Source of the DNA: Paraspadella gotoi
Lineage: Eukaryota; Animalia; Chaetognatha
Assembly (NCBI GenBank): GCA_051294375.1
Contig: JBJCIZ010000703.1
Coordinates: 1 to 25,269 of the forward strand
Direction of reading: 5' to 3'
Length of the DNA: 25,269 bases
Shown here: positions 1 through 12,670 of the stretch, one piece after another
Position numbering within the stretch: the first letter of the stretch is position 1
Layout: every line of letters begins with the position of its first letter
Position numbers and translations under genes: made by a program
Notes under the pieces: model-generated
Told to the model about the DNA's origin: nothing
Databases searched by the model: none
What the model saw: the letters and a program-made list of their open reading frames with translations, nothing else

Positions 1-3000
1 GAGCGAAGTTATTAAATATCTTTTTAATCAACAAACAAATTTTCCTTCTTTTTATTTATTGTCTCCTTTCTCTCTTCTTTTCTCTTTATTTTATGGTAGC
101 TATTCTCTCATTCTCAATAGATTAAAAACGTTTAATACACCAGAAACCGATCACTTTTTCTCGCTAAAAAGATATGAAAACTTTTTTAATTAAAAATAAC
201 CAGGAAAACGATTTTTTTCAATGTAAAAGAAATAAAAACTTTTTAAAAAAAAACCAGGCAAACGTTTTTTTTTTCCAATGCTAAAAAAAATATTATAAAA
301 AAAACACCGGCATAAACGACTTTTTCTAAAGTAGTAAAAAGTGATAAAACGAGTTAATTACACCGGCAGACGGAACCATTTCCAAAGGAAGGGATTAAAC
401 CAACCTTTTTTTTAAAAACAAAGAAAAAAGTTTTTTTCTAATGTAAAAAGAGTTAAAAACACCGATAAACGACTTTTCAAAGTAAAAAAGTAATAAAAAC
501 CGTTTAATTAAATACACCGGGCAGACGACCATTTCCCAAAGAAGATAACAACTTTATAAAAACAATAGAAAAACGCTTTTTATCCAAATGTAAAAAGAGA
601 ATAAAAAAATTTTTTCTTTCAGTAAAAACACCGGGGGGAAAACGAATATTTTCAAAGGAAAAAAGAAAAAAACGTTAAATACCTTCTGCAAAATAAACAT
701 CAACGAGGTTTGTCTTAAACTTGGCATGAGGGACAGTTATTAATATCTCTTTTTTTATCAAAAACAACAAATTTCCTCTCTTTTATTTTTATGTCTACCT
801 TCTACTCTCTCTTTTCTCTTTAATTTTATGTAGCTTTCTCTCCTCTCAAAGAATATTTTAAAAACGTTAAAAAATTACACCAGGAAAACGAGCTTTTTCT
901 CTGTAAAAAGATATTGAAACTTTTAAAAATTAAACAGAAAACGATTTTTTTTCAATGTAAAAAGAATAAAACTTTATAAAAAAAAACGGCAAACGTTTTT
1001 CAATGTAAAAAAAATATAAAAAAAAACACTGATAAACGACTTTTCTAAAGATTAAAAGCTTAATAAAAAACGTTAAATACAGCCCGCAAGGGCAGACGAT
1101 ATTTCCAAAGAGATAACAACTTTAAAAACAAGAAAAAACGCTTTTTCCAATGTAAAAAGAGATTAAAAATTTTCTCTAAAACACCGGAAAACTGATATTT
1201 TCAAAAGAAAAAAGAAAATAAAAACGTTAAATACTTCTGCAAATAACATCATCGAGGTTGTTAAATTGGGTGAGGACAGTTTTTAAATATCTTTTTATTC
1301 AAACAAAACAAATTTCCCTCTTTATTTTTTTATGTCTCCTTTCTCTCTCTCTTTTCTCCCTTGGTTTTTATGTAGCTTTCTCTCTACTCTCATAGATAAA
1401 AAGTGTTAAATACACTCAGTAACGACTTTTTCATCGGCTTTAAAAGATATGAAAACTTTTAAAAAATAAAGAAAACGATTTCTTTCCAATGTAAAAAAAA
1501 ATAAAAAACTTTAAAAAAAAAACCGGCAAAGCGTTTTTTTCCAATGTTAAAAAGAGGTTAAAAAACACCAATAAACGACTTTTCTAAAGTAAAAAAGGTT
1601 TTTTAAAAACAGCGTTTAATACCCGGCAGACAGACATTTCAAAGAGGATAACAACTTTAATAAAACAAATAAAATGCTTTTTCCAATGTAAAAAGAGATA
1701 AAAAAAAATTTTTTTAAAACACCGGGAAAACGAGTATTTTCAAGAAAAAAAGAAATAAAAAACGTTAATTACTTCTTGCAAATACATTCATCAGAGGTTG
1801 TTAAAATTGGGTGAGGACAGTTATTAAATATTCTTTTTATCAAAACAAACCAAAAAAAATATTCCTCTCTTTTATTTTTATGTCTCCTTCTCTCTCTCTT
1901 TTCTCTTAATTTTAATGTAGCTTTTCTTCACATCTCAAAAAGAATAAAAACGATTTTAAATACACCAGAAAACGACTTTTTCTCTCGTAAAAAAGATATG
2001 AAACTTTAAAATAACAAGGAAAAACGATTTTTTATTTCAATGTAAAAGAAATAAAACTTTTAAAAAAAACGGGGCAAACGTTTTTTCCAATGTTAAAAAA
2101 ATAAAAAAAAAACACTGAATAAACGACTTTTCATAAATAAAAAAGAATAAAAACGTTTAATTACAGCGGGCAGACGATATTCCAAAGACGATAACAACTT
2201 TAAAACAAAAGAAAAACGCTTTTTTTCCAATGTAAAAAGAGAAGAAATAAAATTTATTAAAAAATTCTTAAAACCACGGAAACGATATTTTCAAAGAAAA
2301 AAAGAAATAACGTTAAATTTACTTTCTGCAAATAACATCATCGAGGTTGTTAAAATTGAAGGGTGTGGACAGTTATTAAAGTAATCTTTTTATCAAAACA
2401 ACAAAATTCCTCTCTTTTTTATTTTTTATGTCTCCATTCTCTCTCTCATTTTCTCTTTAATTTATGTAGCTTTCTCCACTCTCAATAGATATAAAACGAA
2501 TTTAAAACACAGGAGAAAACGACTTTTTAACTCAGCCTTAAAAAGATTATGAAACTTTATTAAAACCAATAACAGAAAACGATTTTTTCCAATGTAAAAA
2601 AATAAAAACTTTAAAAAAAACGGCAAACGTTTTTTTTTCCAAATTGTAAAAAGGAGTTTAAACACCAATAACGACTTATTTCTTAAAGTAAAAGTAATAA
2701 AAACGTTAATACATCGGCAGGCCGATATTTATCCAAAGAGATAACACTCTTTTTTTTAAAAACAAAGAAACGCTTTTTCCAATGTAAAAAGAGAATAAAT
2801 AAATTTCCTAAAACACCGGAAAAACGAATATTTTCAAAGAAAAAAGAATAAAAAATAAAACGTTAAATATTCTGGGCAAATAACATCATTCAGAGGTTGT
2901 TTTAAAGTTGAGGTTGTGGACAGTTATTAAAAATATCTTTTATTCAAAAACAAACCAAATTTCCTTCTCTTTTATTTTTTATGTCTCCATTCTCTCTCTC

Positions 3001-5272
3001 TTTTCTCTTTAATCTTATGTAAGCCTATTTCTCACTCTCAATAGATTAAAAAACGTTTAAAAATACACCAGGGAAAACGACTTTTTTCGACTAAAAAGAG
3101 ATATGAAAAACTTTAAAAATAACAGGAAAAACGATTTTTTTCAAAATTGTAAAAAGAAATTAAAAACTTTAAAAAACGGCAAACGTTTTTTTTCAATGAT
3201 AAAAAAGATGGTTAAAAACACCCAATTAAACGACTTTTCAAAGTAAAAAGTTATAAAAACGTTAATACAACCGGCAGACGATATTTACCAAGAGAGAACA
3301 ACTTTAAAACAAAAAGAAAAACGCTTTTTTTCCAAATGTAAAAAGAGAATAAAAAAATTTCTAAACACCGGGGAAAAGATATTTTCAAAGAAAAAAGAAA
3401 TAAAAACGTTAAAATACTTCTGCAAATAACAATCATCGAGGTTAGTTAAAAATTGGGGGAGAGCAGACAGTTATTAACATATCTTTTTTATCATAAACAA
3501 ACAAAATTTTCTTTCGTTTATTTTATGTCTCACATTCTCTCTTCTCTTTTCTCTTTAATTTTATGTAGCTTTCTCTCAACTCTCAAAAAAGATAAAAACG
3601 ATTAAATACACCAGAAACGTACTTTTCTCTGTAAAAAGAATATGAAAATTTAAAAATTAACAGAGAAAACTGATTTTTAAATCATAATAAAAAAAATTAT
3701 AAAAAAACTTCAAAAAAAAACGGCAAAAAGTTTTTTTTCCAATGTATAAGAGTTAAAAAAAACACCGAAATAAAACGACTTTTCTAAGGAGAGATAAAAA
3801 AGTGCATAAAAATCGTTAATACGGCGGCAGACGATATTTCCAAGCGATAACAACTTTTAAAAACAAAGAAAAACGCTTATTTTCCAATTAAAAAAGAGAT
3901 AATATTTCTTAAACCCGGGAAAACGATATTATTAAAGAAAAAAAGAAATAAAAACGTTACATACTTCTGCACAATAACATCATCAGAGGTTGTTAAAATT
4001 GGGTGAGGCCAGTTATTAATAATAAATCCTTTTATCAAAACAAACAAATTTCCTCTCTTTTATTTTTATGTTCTCCTTCTCTCTCATCTTTTCTCTTTTT
4101 AATTTTTATGTAGCTTTCTCTCACTCTCAATAATATAAAAACGTTAAATACACAGAAACCGACTTTTTCTCTGTAAAAGATCTGAAAACTTTGAAAAATA
4201 AAAATCAAGAAAACGATTTTTTCAATGTAAAAAGAAAAAAACTTTTAAAAAAAGCGGCAAACGTTTTTTTTCCAATGTTAAAAGAGTTAAAAAACACCGA
4301 ATAACGACTTTTTCTAAAAGTTTTAAAAAGTAATAAAAACGTATAAAACACCAGGCAGACGACATTTCCAAAGATAACAACTTTTAAAAACAAAGAAAAA
4401 CGCTTATTTCCAATTGTAAAAAGAGATAAAAAAATTTACTAAAAACACCGGAAAAACGATTATTTTTAAAGAAAAAAGAAATTAAAACGTTAAATACTAT
4501 CTGCAAATAACATCATTGAGGTTGTTAAAAATTGGGGTGAGGACAGTTATTAAATATTCTATGTTATCAAAAACAAACAAATTTCCTCTCTTTTATTTTT
4601 ATCTCCTTCTCTCTCTCTTTTCTCTTTAATTATTATTATAGCTTTCTCCTTACTCTCAATAAGATAAACAGTTAAATACCACCAAGAAACGACTTTTTCT
4701 CTGTAAAAAGATTATGCAAAACTTTTAAAAATAACAGGAAAACGATTTTTTCAATGTAAAAGAAATAAAAAACTTAAAAAAAAACGGAAACGTTTTTTCC
4801 AATGGTAAAAAAGAGTCTAAAAACACCGATAAACGACTTTTCTAAAGCTAAAAAGTGATAAAAACGTTAATACAGCGGGCAGACGATATTTCCAGAGATA
4901 ACACTTTAAAAACAAAGAAAAACGCTTTTTTTCAATGTAAAAGAGATAAAAATTTCTAACAAACACCGGAAACGATAATATTTCAAAGGAAAAAGAAATC
5001 AAAACGTTAAATACTTCCGCACAATAACATCATCGAGGTTGTTAAAATGGGTTGAGGACAGATTTAATACATATTCTTTTTCAAAAACCAAACAAAATTT
5101 CCTCTCTTTTATTTTTATGTCCCTTCACTCTCTCTTTTTCTCTTTAATAATTTATGTAGCTTTCTCTCACTCTCAATAGATAAAAACGTTTAATACACCA
5201 GAAAAACGACTTGTTATATCTGTAAAAATTGAAAACTTATAAAAAAAAATAACAGAAAACGATTTTTTTTTG
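1..5272 (-). repeat. AT-rich tandem satellite, ~520-550 bp unit, ~9.5 copies (left arm, reverse orientation)
   Basis: The landmark ACATCATCGAGGTTGTTAAAATTGGGTGAGGACAGTTATTAAATATC recurs near 735, 1280, 1820, 2370, 2920, 3470, 4010, 4545 and 5060. Copies differ mostly by 1-bp indels. Confidence 0.97.
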
Positions 5273-5276
5273 TGTA

Positions 5277-8200
5277 ATATTTTTATAACTGTCCATCACC
5301 CAAATTTTTAAAACTCGATTTGATGGTTTATTTGTGCAGAAGTATTATAACCGTTTTTATTTCTTTTTTCTTTTTGAAATTATTCGTTTTCACGGTGTGG
5401 TTTTAGAAATTTTTTTAATCTCTTTACATTGAAAAAAGCGATTCCTTTTCTTGTTTTTAAAGTTGTTATCTCTTTGTGAAATATCGTTCTGCCGTCCTGA
5501 TAATATTAACGTTTTATTCACTTTTACTTATAAAGGAAAAGTCGTTATCAGTTGGATATATATTTTTGTATAATTTTTTTACATTTTGGAAGAACAAACG
5601 GTTTGCCCGTTTTTTTTTTTGTTAATGTTTTTAATTTCTTAAATTACATTTGGAAAAAAAATACTAAGTTTTCTTAGTAATTTATTTTTAAAGCTTTTCA
5701 TATCTTTTACAGAGAAATAGGTCGTTTCTGGATTTGTATTTAACGCTTTATATCTATTGAGAGTGAGAGAAAGCTACCATAAAATTTAAAGAGAAAAGAG
5801 AAGGGAAGGAGACATAAAAAATTAAAAAGAGAGGAAATTTGTCTTCCTGTTTTATAAAGATATTTAATTAATGTCCTCACCCAATTTTAACAACCCTCGA
5901 TGATGTATTGAGAAGTATTTAACGTTTTTATTTTTTCTTTTTTGTTTTTTTAAATTCGTTTTTTCCGGATGTTTTTAGGAATTTTTTATCTCTTTTTACT
6001 TGGGAAAAGCGTTTTTTCTTTTGTTTTTAAAGTTGTTATCTCTTTGGGAAATGATCGTCTGCCCGTCAGGTTTGTTTGTTTTTAAGCGGTTTTTATTACT
6101 TTTTTACTTTAGAAAAGTCGTTTTATCGGTAGTTTATTTAACTCTTTTTACATTTGGAAAAAAACGTTTTGCCGTTTTTTTTTTAAGAGTTTTTTATTAT
6201 TCTTTTTCATTGGAAAAAATCGTTTTCTGTTATTTTTTAAGTTTTATATCTTTATACAGAGAAGAAAGTCGTTTTTGGTATGTGTGTATTTAACGTTTTT
6301 AATCTTTTGGAGTGAGAGGAAAGCTACATAAATTAAGAGAAAAGAGAGAGAGGAAGGAGACATAAAATAAAGAGAGGGAAATTTGTTTTTGTTTTTGATA
6401 AAAAGATATTTTATATATCTGTCCCTCACCCAATTTAACAACCTCCAGATGATGTTATTTGCCAGAAGTATTAACGTTTTTTATTTCTTTTTTTCTTTTG
6501 GAAAATATCGTTTTTCGGTGCTGTTTTGAAATTTTTATCTTTTTTTTACATTGGAAAAAGCGGTATTTTTCTTTGTTTTTAAAGTTTGTTTTGCTCTTTG
6601 GAAATATCGGTCTTGCCGCTTGATATTTACGATTTTTATCACTTTTACTTTAGAAAAGTACGTTTTATCGGATGTTTTTTTTTATATTTTACATTGAAAA
6701 AAACGTTTGCCGTTTTTTTTTAGAGTTTTTATTTTTCTTTTTTTACATTGAAAAAAAATATCGTTTTCTGTTTATTTTTAACAGTTTTCATATCTTTTTG
6801 ACGACGAGAAAAATCGTTTTTTGCTGTGTATTTAACGTTTTTATCTTTTTGAAGTAATTGAGAGAAAGATACATTAAAATTAAAGAGGAAAGAGAGAGAG
6901 AAGGGACATAAAAATAATAAGAGAGGAAATTTGTTTGTTTTGATAAAACGATATTTAATAAATCTGGTCCATCACCCAATTTATTAACAACCCTCGATGA
7001 TGTATTTGCAGAGTATTTACCGTTTATTTCTTTTTTTTTTGAAAATATTCGTTTCCGGTTTTAATTCATGTTTAGAAATTTTTTATCTCTTTTACATATT
7101 GGAAAAAGCTTTTCTTTGTTTTTAAAGTTAGTTATCTCTTCTGGAAATATCGTTGTCTTGCCGCCCCTTTGGTATTTAACGTTTTTAATCACTTATTTAC
7201 TATTAGGAAAAGGTCGTCTTATCGGTGTTTTTTTTATATTTTATTTACATTGGAAAAAAAAACGTTTGCGTTTTTTTTTTTTAGTTTTTTATTTTCTTTT
7301 TACATTGAAAAAATGATTTTCTGTTCTTTTAAAAGTTTTCTATACTTTTTACGGAGGAAAAAGATCGTCTTTCTTGGTGTAATGTATTTAACTTTTTATC
7401 TTCTTGAGTTGAGAGTGAGAGAAAGCTACATAAAATTAAAGAGAAAGGAGAGAGATGTGGAGAATAAAATAAAAGAGAGGAAAATTGTTTGGCGTGTTTT
7501 GATAAAAAGCATATTTAATAACTGTCCTCACCCCAATTTTAACAACCTCGATGATGTTGGATTTGCAGAGTATTTAACGTTTTTTATTTCTTTTTTCTTT
7601 CGAAAATATCGTTTTCCGATGTTTTAGAAATATTTTTTTATCTCTTTTTACATTGGAACAAGCCGTTTTTCTTTGTTTTCTAAATGTTGTTTTCTCCTTT
7701 GGAAATATCAGTTCTGCCGCTGTATTTACACGTTTTTATCACTTTTTACTTAGGAAAAGCGTTTATCGGTGTTTTTTTTTATATTTTTTTACATTGGGAA
7801 AAAACGTTTGCCGGTTTTTTTTTTTATGTTTTTATTTCTTTTATCATTTGAAAAAAATCCCCCGTTTTCGTTGATTTTTTAAGTTTTCATATCTTTTACA
7901 GGAGAAAAAGTCAAGATAATTTAAATCTTTGGTTGTATTTTAACGTTTTTTATCTTTTGAGAGTGAGGAAGAAAGCTAACATAAAAATTCAAACTGAGAA
8001 AAGAGAGGAGAGAAGAGGAGACATAAAAATAAGAAGAGGAAATTTGTTTTGTTTTTGATAAAAAGATATTTTAATAAACTTCCTCACAATTTAAACAACC
8101 TCAGATGATTTATTTGCACAAGTATATTTAACCGTTTTATTTCTTTTTCTTTGAAAATATCGTTTTCCGGTTCGGTTTTAGAAATTTTTATCTCTTTTTA

Positions 8201-11200
8201 CAATTGGAAAAAGCGTTTTTCTTTGTTTTTTAAAGTTGTTATCTCTTTGGAATATTTCGTCTGCGCTTGTATTTAAGTTTATCACATTTTACTTTAGAAA
8301 AGTCGTTTATCGGTTTATTTTTTTATATTTTTTTACCAATTGGAAAAAAAACGTTTTGCCGTTTTTTTTTAAAGTTTTTGTTTCTTTTTACCATTGAAAA
8401 AAAATCGTTTTCATGTTCTTTTAAAAGTTTTCATATCGGTTTTTACGCAGAGGACGAAAATCGTTTTTCGTTATTCTGGGTTGTATTTAACGTTTAATTA
8501 CTTTTGAGAGTAAGAGAAAAGCTACATAAATTAAAGAAGAAGAATGAGAGACGTTTGGCAGACATAAAATAATAAAGAGAGGAAATTTGTTTGTTTTTAT
8601 AAAAAGATATTTTAATAACTGTCCTCACCCATTTTAACAACCTCGATGATGTTATTTGCAAAAGTATTTAACGTTCTTTAATTTTCTCTTTTTCTTTGAA
8701 AATATCGTTTTCCGGCTTTTTTAGAAATTTTTTATCTTCGTTTTTACCATTGGAAAAAGGCTGTTTTTCTAATGTTTTTTAATAGTTGTTATCTCTTTGG
8801 AAATATCGTCTGCCGCTGTATTTTAACGTTTTTATCATTTTTACTTCAGAAAGTCGTTTAATGCGGTGTTTTTTTTATATTTTTTTTACATTGGAAAAAA
8901 CGTTTGCCTTTTTTTATAAAGTTTTTTATTTCTTTTTACATTTCGAAAAAAATCGTTTTCTGTTATTTTAAAGTTTCCATATCTTTTTAGCGAGAAAAAG
9001 TCGTTTTCTTGGTGTGTGTAATTTAACGTTTTTTATCTATTGAAGGTGAGAGGAAAGCTACATAATAACTTAAAAGAGAAAAGAGAGAGCGAGAGGACGA
9101 CATAAAAATTAAAGAGAGGAAATTTGTTTTTTTGATAAAAAATATTTAATAAATGGTCCTCACCCAATTTTAACAACTCGATTGATGTTATTTGCAGAAG
9201 TATTTAACGTGTTTATTAAGTTCTTTTTTCTTTTGAAAATATCGTATTTTCCGGTTGTTTTAGGAAATTTTATCTCTTTTACATTGGAAAAAGCGTTTTT
9301 TTTGTTCTCTTAAACGTTGTTATCTCTTTGGAAATGTTCGTCTGCCTAAGGCTATTTAAAACGTTTTTGATTTTACGTTTTTACTTTTTAGAAAAGTCGT
9401 TTTTCGGTGTTGGTTTTTTAACTCTTTATTTACATTTGGAAAAAACGTTTTCCGTTTTTTTTTTTAATTGTTTTATTTTCTTTTTACATGGGAAAAATCG
9501 TTTTCTGTTATTTTAAGTTTCACTATTCTTTTTACAGAGAAAAAGGTCTTTTTCGGTGACTTTGTATTTAACGTTTTATATCTATTGAGAGTGAAGAGAA
9601 GCTACATAAAATAAAGAGAAAGAGAGACAGAGAAGGAGACATTAAAAATATAAAGAGAGGAAATTTGTTTGTTTTGATAAAAAGATATTTAATAAACTGT
9701 CCTTCACCAAATTTTACAACCGTCTGATGATGTATTTGCAGAGAGTATTTAACGTTTTTATTTCTTTTTTCTTTAAAAAGATCGATTAATTTCGGATATC
9801 TGTATTGTTTAAAATTTTTTATCTCTTTTTACATTTGAAAAAAGCGTTTTTCTTTGTTTTTAAGTCATTGTATAATCTCGTTTGGAAATAAATCGTCTGC
9901 CGCGTGATAATTAACGTATTTATCACATTTTACTTTAGAAAAGTCGTTGTATCGGTGTTTTTTTAACTCTTTTTTACATTGGAAAAACGTGCCCTTTTTA
10001 TATTAAAGTTTTTATTTTCTTTTACATGGGGAAAAATCGTTTTTCTCGTTTATTTTCTTAAAGTTTTCATATCTTTTTATCAGAGCATAGAAAAAAATCG
10101 TTCTGGCTTTCTTCTGTGTATTTAACGGTTTTTTATTTTTGAGAGTGAGAGAAAGCTACCTAAAATTTTAAGAGAAAAGATGAGGAGAGAGAAGAGGAGC
10201 ATAAAAATAAAAGAGAGGAGAATTTGTTTGTTTTGATAAACTAAACATATTTTAATAACTGTCCCCTCACCCAATTGTTAACAACCTCGATGAAATGTTT
10301 ATTTATGCAGACAGTATTTAAGGTTTTTATTTCTTTTTTTACTTTGGAAAATATCGTTTTAGAAATTTCCTTTATCTCTTTTTACTTTGGAAAAAGCGTT
10401 TTTCATTTTTTTTAAAGTTGTTATCTCTTCGGAAATATCGTCTGCCGGTTTGTATTAACATTTTATAATTACTTATTTACTTTTAGAAAAGGGTCGGTTT
10501 AATCGTGTGTTCTTTTAAATCTTATTTACATTTGGAAAACACGTTTGCCGTTTTTCTTTTAAAGTTTTTTATCTCTTTTAATTGGAAAACAACGTTTTCT
10601 GTTATTTTAAGTTTTCATATCTTTTTACAGAGAAAAAGTCGTCTTTTTCTGTGATATTAACGTTTTATCTATTGAGAGTGAGAGAAGAGTACATAAAATT
10701 AAAGAGAAAAGAGAGAAGAGAAGGAGACATAAAAAATAAAAGAAAGGAAATTGGTTCTTGTTTTCGATAAAAAGATATTTAATAACTGTCCTCACCCATT
10801 TTAACAACTCTCGATGATGTTATTTGCAGAAGTATTTAACGGTTTTTTATTTTTTTCTTTGAAAATTATCGCTTTCCGGTGTTTTAAAATTTTTAATCAT
10901 CTTTTACATTGGAAGCTACAAAGCGTTTCTTCTGTTTTAAGTTGTTATCTCTTTGAGATATCCGTTCTACCGCTGTATTTAACCGTTTTTATCACCTTTT
11001 TACTTTAGAAAAGTCGTTTATCGGTAGTCTTTTTTATATATTTTTTACATTTGGAAAAAACGTATTTGCCGTTTTTTTTAAAAGGTTTTTAGTTTCTTTT
11101 ACATTGAAAAAAAATCGTTTCGTTATTTTTAAAGTTTTCATATCTTTTTACGAGAGAAAAAGTCTGTTTTCTCTGTGCTTTTATTTAACTTTTTATTATT

Positions 11201-12202
11201 GAGCAGTGAAGAGAAGCTACATAAAATTAAAGAGAAAAGAGAGAGAGAAGGAGACAAAAAATAAAAGAGAGGAAAAATTGTTTGTTTTTGATACAAAAGA
11301 ATTTAATACTGTCCTCTACCCATTTTAACATAACCTCTGATGATGTTATTTGCAGAAGTATTTTAACGTTTTCTATTTCTTTTTCTTTGAAATATCGCTT
11401 TTCCGGTTGTTTTTAGAAATTTTTTATCTTCTTTTTACATTGGAAAAAAGCGTTTTTTCTTTGTTTTTTAAAGTTTTATCTCTTGGAAATATCGTTCTGC
11501 CGCTGTATTTAACGTTTTTCTATCACTTTTTACTGTTAGAAAAAGTCGTTAATGTCGGTGTTTTTTTTTATATTTTTTTGACATTGGAGAAAAACGTTTG
11601 CCGTCTTTTTTGTAAGTTTTTATTCTTCTTTACATTGAAAAAAAATCGTTTTCTGATTATTGTTTTAAAGGTTTTTCCATTTTAATTTTTTTTTTTTCTT
11701 TTTTACAGAGAAGAAAGTTCGTTCTGGTGTATTTAAACGTTTTTATCTATTGAGAGTGAGAGAAAGCTACATAAAATAAGAGAAAAGAAGGAGAGAGAAG
11801 AGACATAAGAAATACAAGAAGGAAATTTGTTGTTTTGATAAAAAGATATTTAATAACTGTGCCTCACCCATATTTAACAACCTCGAGTTGATGTTATTGC
11901 AAGTATTTACGTTTTTATTTCTTTTTTCTTTTAAAAATTCGTTTCCGGTGTTTAGAAATTTTTTATCTCTTTTTACATTGGAAAAAGCGTTTTTCTTTGT
12001 TTTTATAAGATTAATTTATCTCTTTGGAAATATCGCTCTGCCGCTCTGTATTTAACGTTTTATACTTTTACTTTAGAAAGTCGTTTATCGGTGTTTTTTT
12101 AACTCTTTTTACACTTGGAAAAAACGTTTGCCGTTTTTTTTTTAAATTTTTTATTACTTTTTACATTGGAAAAAATCGTTTTCCTGTTATTTTTAAGTTT
12201 TC
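5277..12202 (+). repeat. Same satellite in the opposite orientation, ~12.7 copies (right arm)
   Basis: The reverse-complement landmark ATAACTGTCCTCACCCAATTTTAACAACCTCGATGATG recurs near 5285, 5870, 6420, 6965, 7520, 8080, 8617, 9152, 9696, 10256, 10783, 11307 and 11853. Confidence 0.97.
12199..12202. other. Left target-site duplication (TTTC)
   Basis: The satellite consensus AAGTTTTCATATC is broken after ...AAGTTTTC. TTTC reappears at 24857-24860, followed by ATAATCTTTTTACAG. The boundary is uncertain by 1 base. Confidence 0.6.
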
Positions 12203-12478
12203 CACGACCAAACCAGCCTGAGCGCGAGTCTCGTGTTCTGCCAGCCACGCGATCTCCTCCTCTTCCTCCTCCAGGCACCCCAGGGGTCGAGGCTCACCAG
12301 TTTCACTTCTCCTCTTCCTCGATTCTCTCCTCTCTCTCTCTTCTCTACTCTCCTCTCTTTCTTACAACCGTTTCTTGTTACCTTTTTTGCCTTCTTTTTT
12401 TAGTACATATACTCTCCCACATTTTTGTCTTTTTCTTACGAGTTTTTCAGTCAGCCAGATACCACCATCCAGATAGAG
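12203..12478 (+). repeat. 5' LTR (~276 bp)
   Basis: CACGACCAAACCAGCC...CCATCCAGATAGAG aligns end to end with 24576-24856; differences are mostly single-base indels. Confidence 0.92.
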
Positions 12479-12493
12479 TGGACGCCCAATGTG
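12479..12493 (+). promoter_or_regulatory. Primer-binding site, tRNA-Lys(CUU)-type
   Basis: TGGACGCCCAATGTG directly follows the 5' LTR. It matches the known tRNA-Lys1,2 PBS TGGCGCCCAACGTG with one inserted A and one mismatch. Confidence 0.75.
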
Positions 12494-12582
12494 CTGCTCT
12501 TACACTATCCACTAAGAAACCCCTAGAAATCCACTAAAAATCCTCTCACACTACTAGACTTAACGAGCGCTTACCGGGACAC

Positions 12583-12670
12583 AAACTGAGCTGCTAACCG
12601 GGACTTAACCAAAACTGAGCTGCTAACCGGGAACTTAACCAAAACTGAGCTGCTAACCGGGACTTAACCA
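12583..12670 (+). repeat. 29-bp tandem repeat x3 just downstream of the PBS
   Basis: AAACTGAGCTGCTAACCGGGACTTAACCA three times head to tail, without spacers. Confidence 0.93.

Noticed and set aside
5065-5300. Simple missed-adapter fold-back artefact as the cause of the inversion
   Set aside because: The arms join at different phases and their variant orders do not mirror. A chimeric join is still possible.
2462-12221. About 25 short F/L/K-rich ORFs in the satellite (plus 24894-25247)
   Set aside because: They are translations of the T-rich satellite strand in inconsistent frames and recur only because the DNA repeats.
12115-12537. 140-aa ORF across the 5' LTR, and ORFs at 24225-24973
   Set aside because: They span satellite/LTR junctions and CT-rich LTR sequence; chance open frames.
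12583-12670. CRISPR array or telomeric (TAACC)n
   Set aside because: The 29-bp units are contiguous with no spacers and no cas genes; TAACC pentamers are isolated, not tandem.
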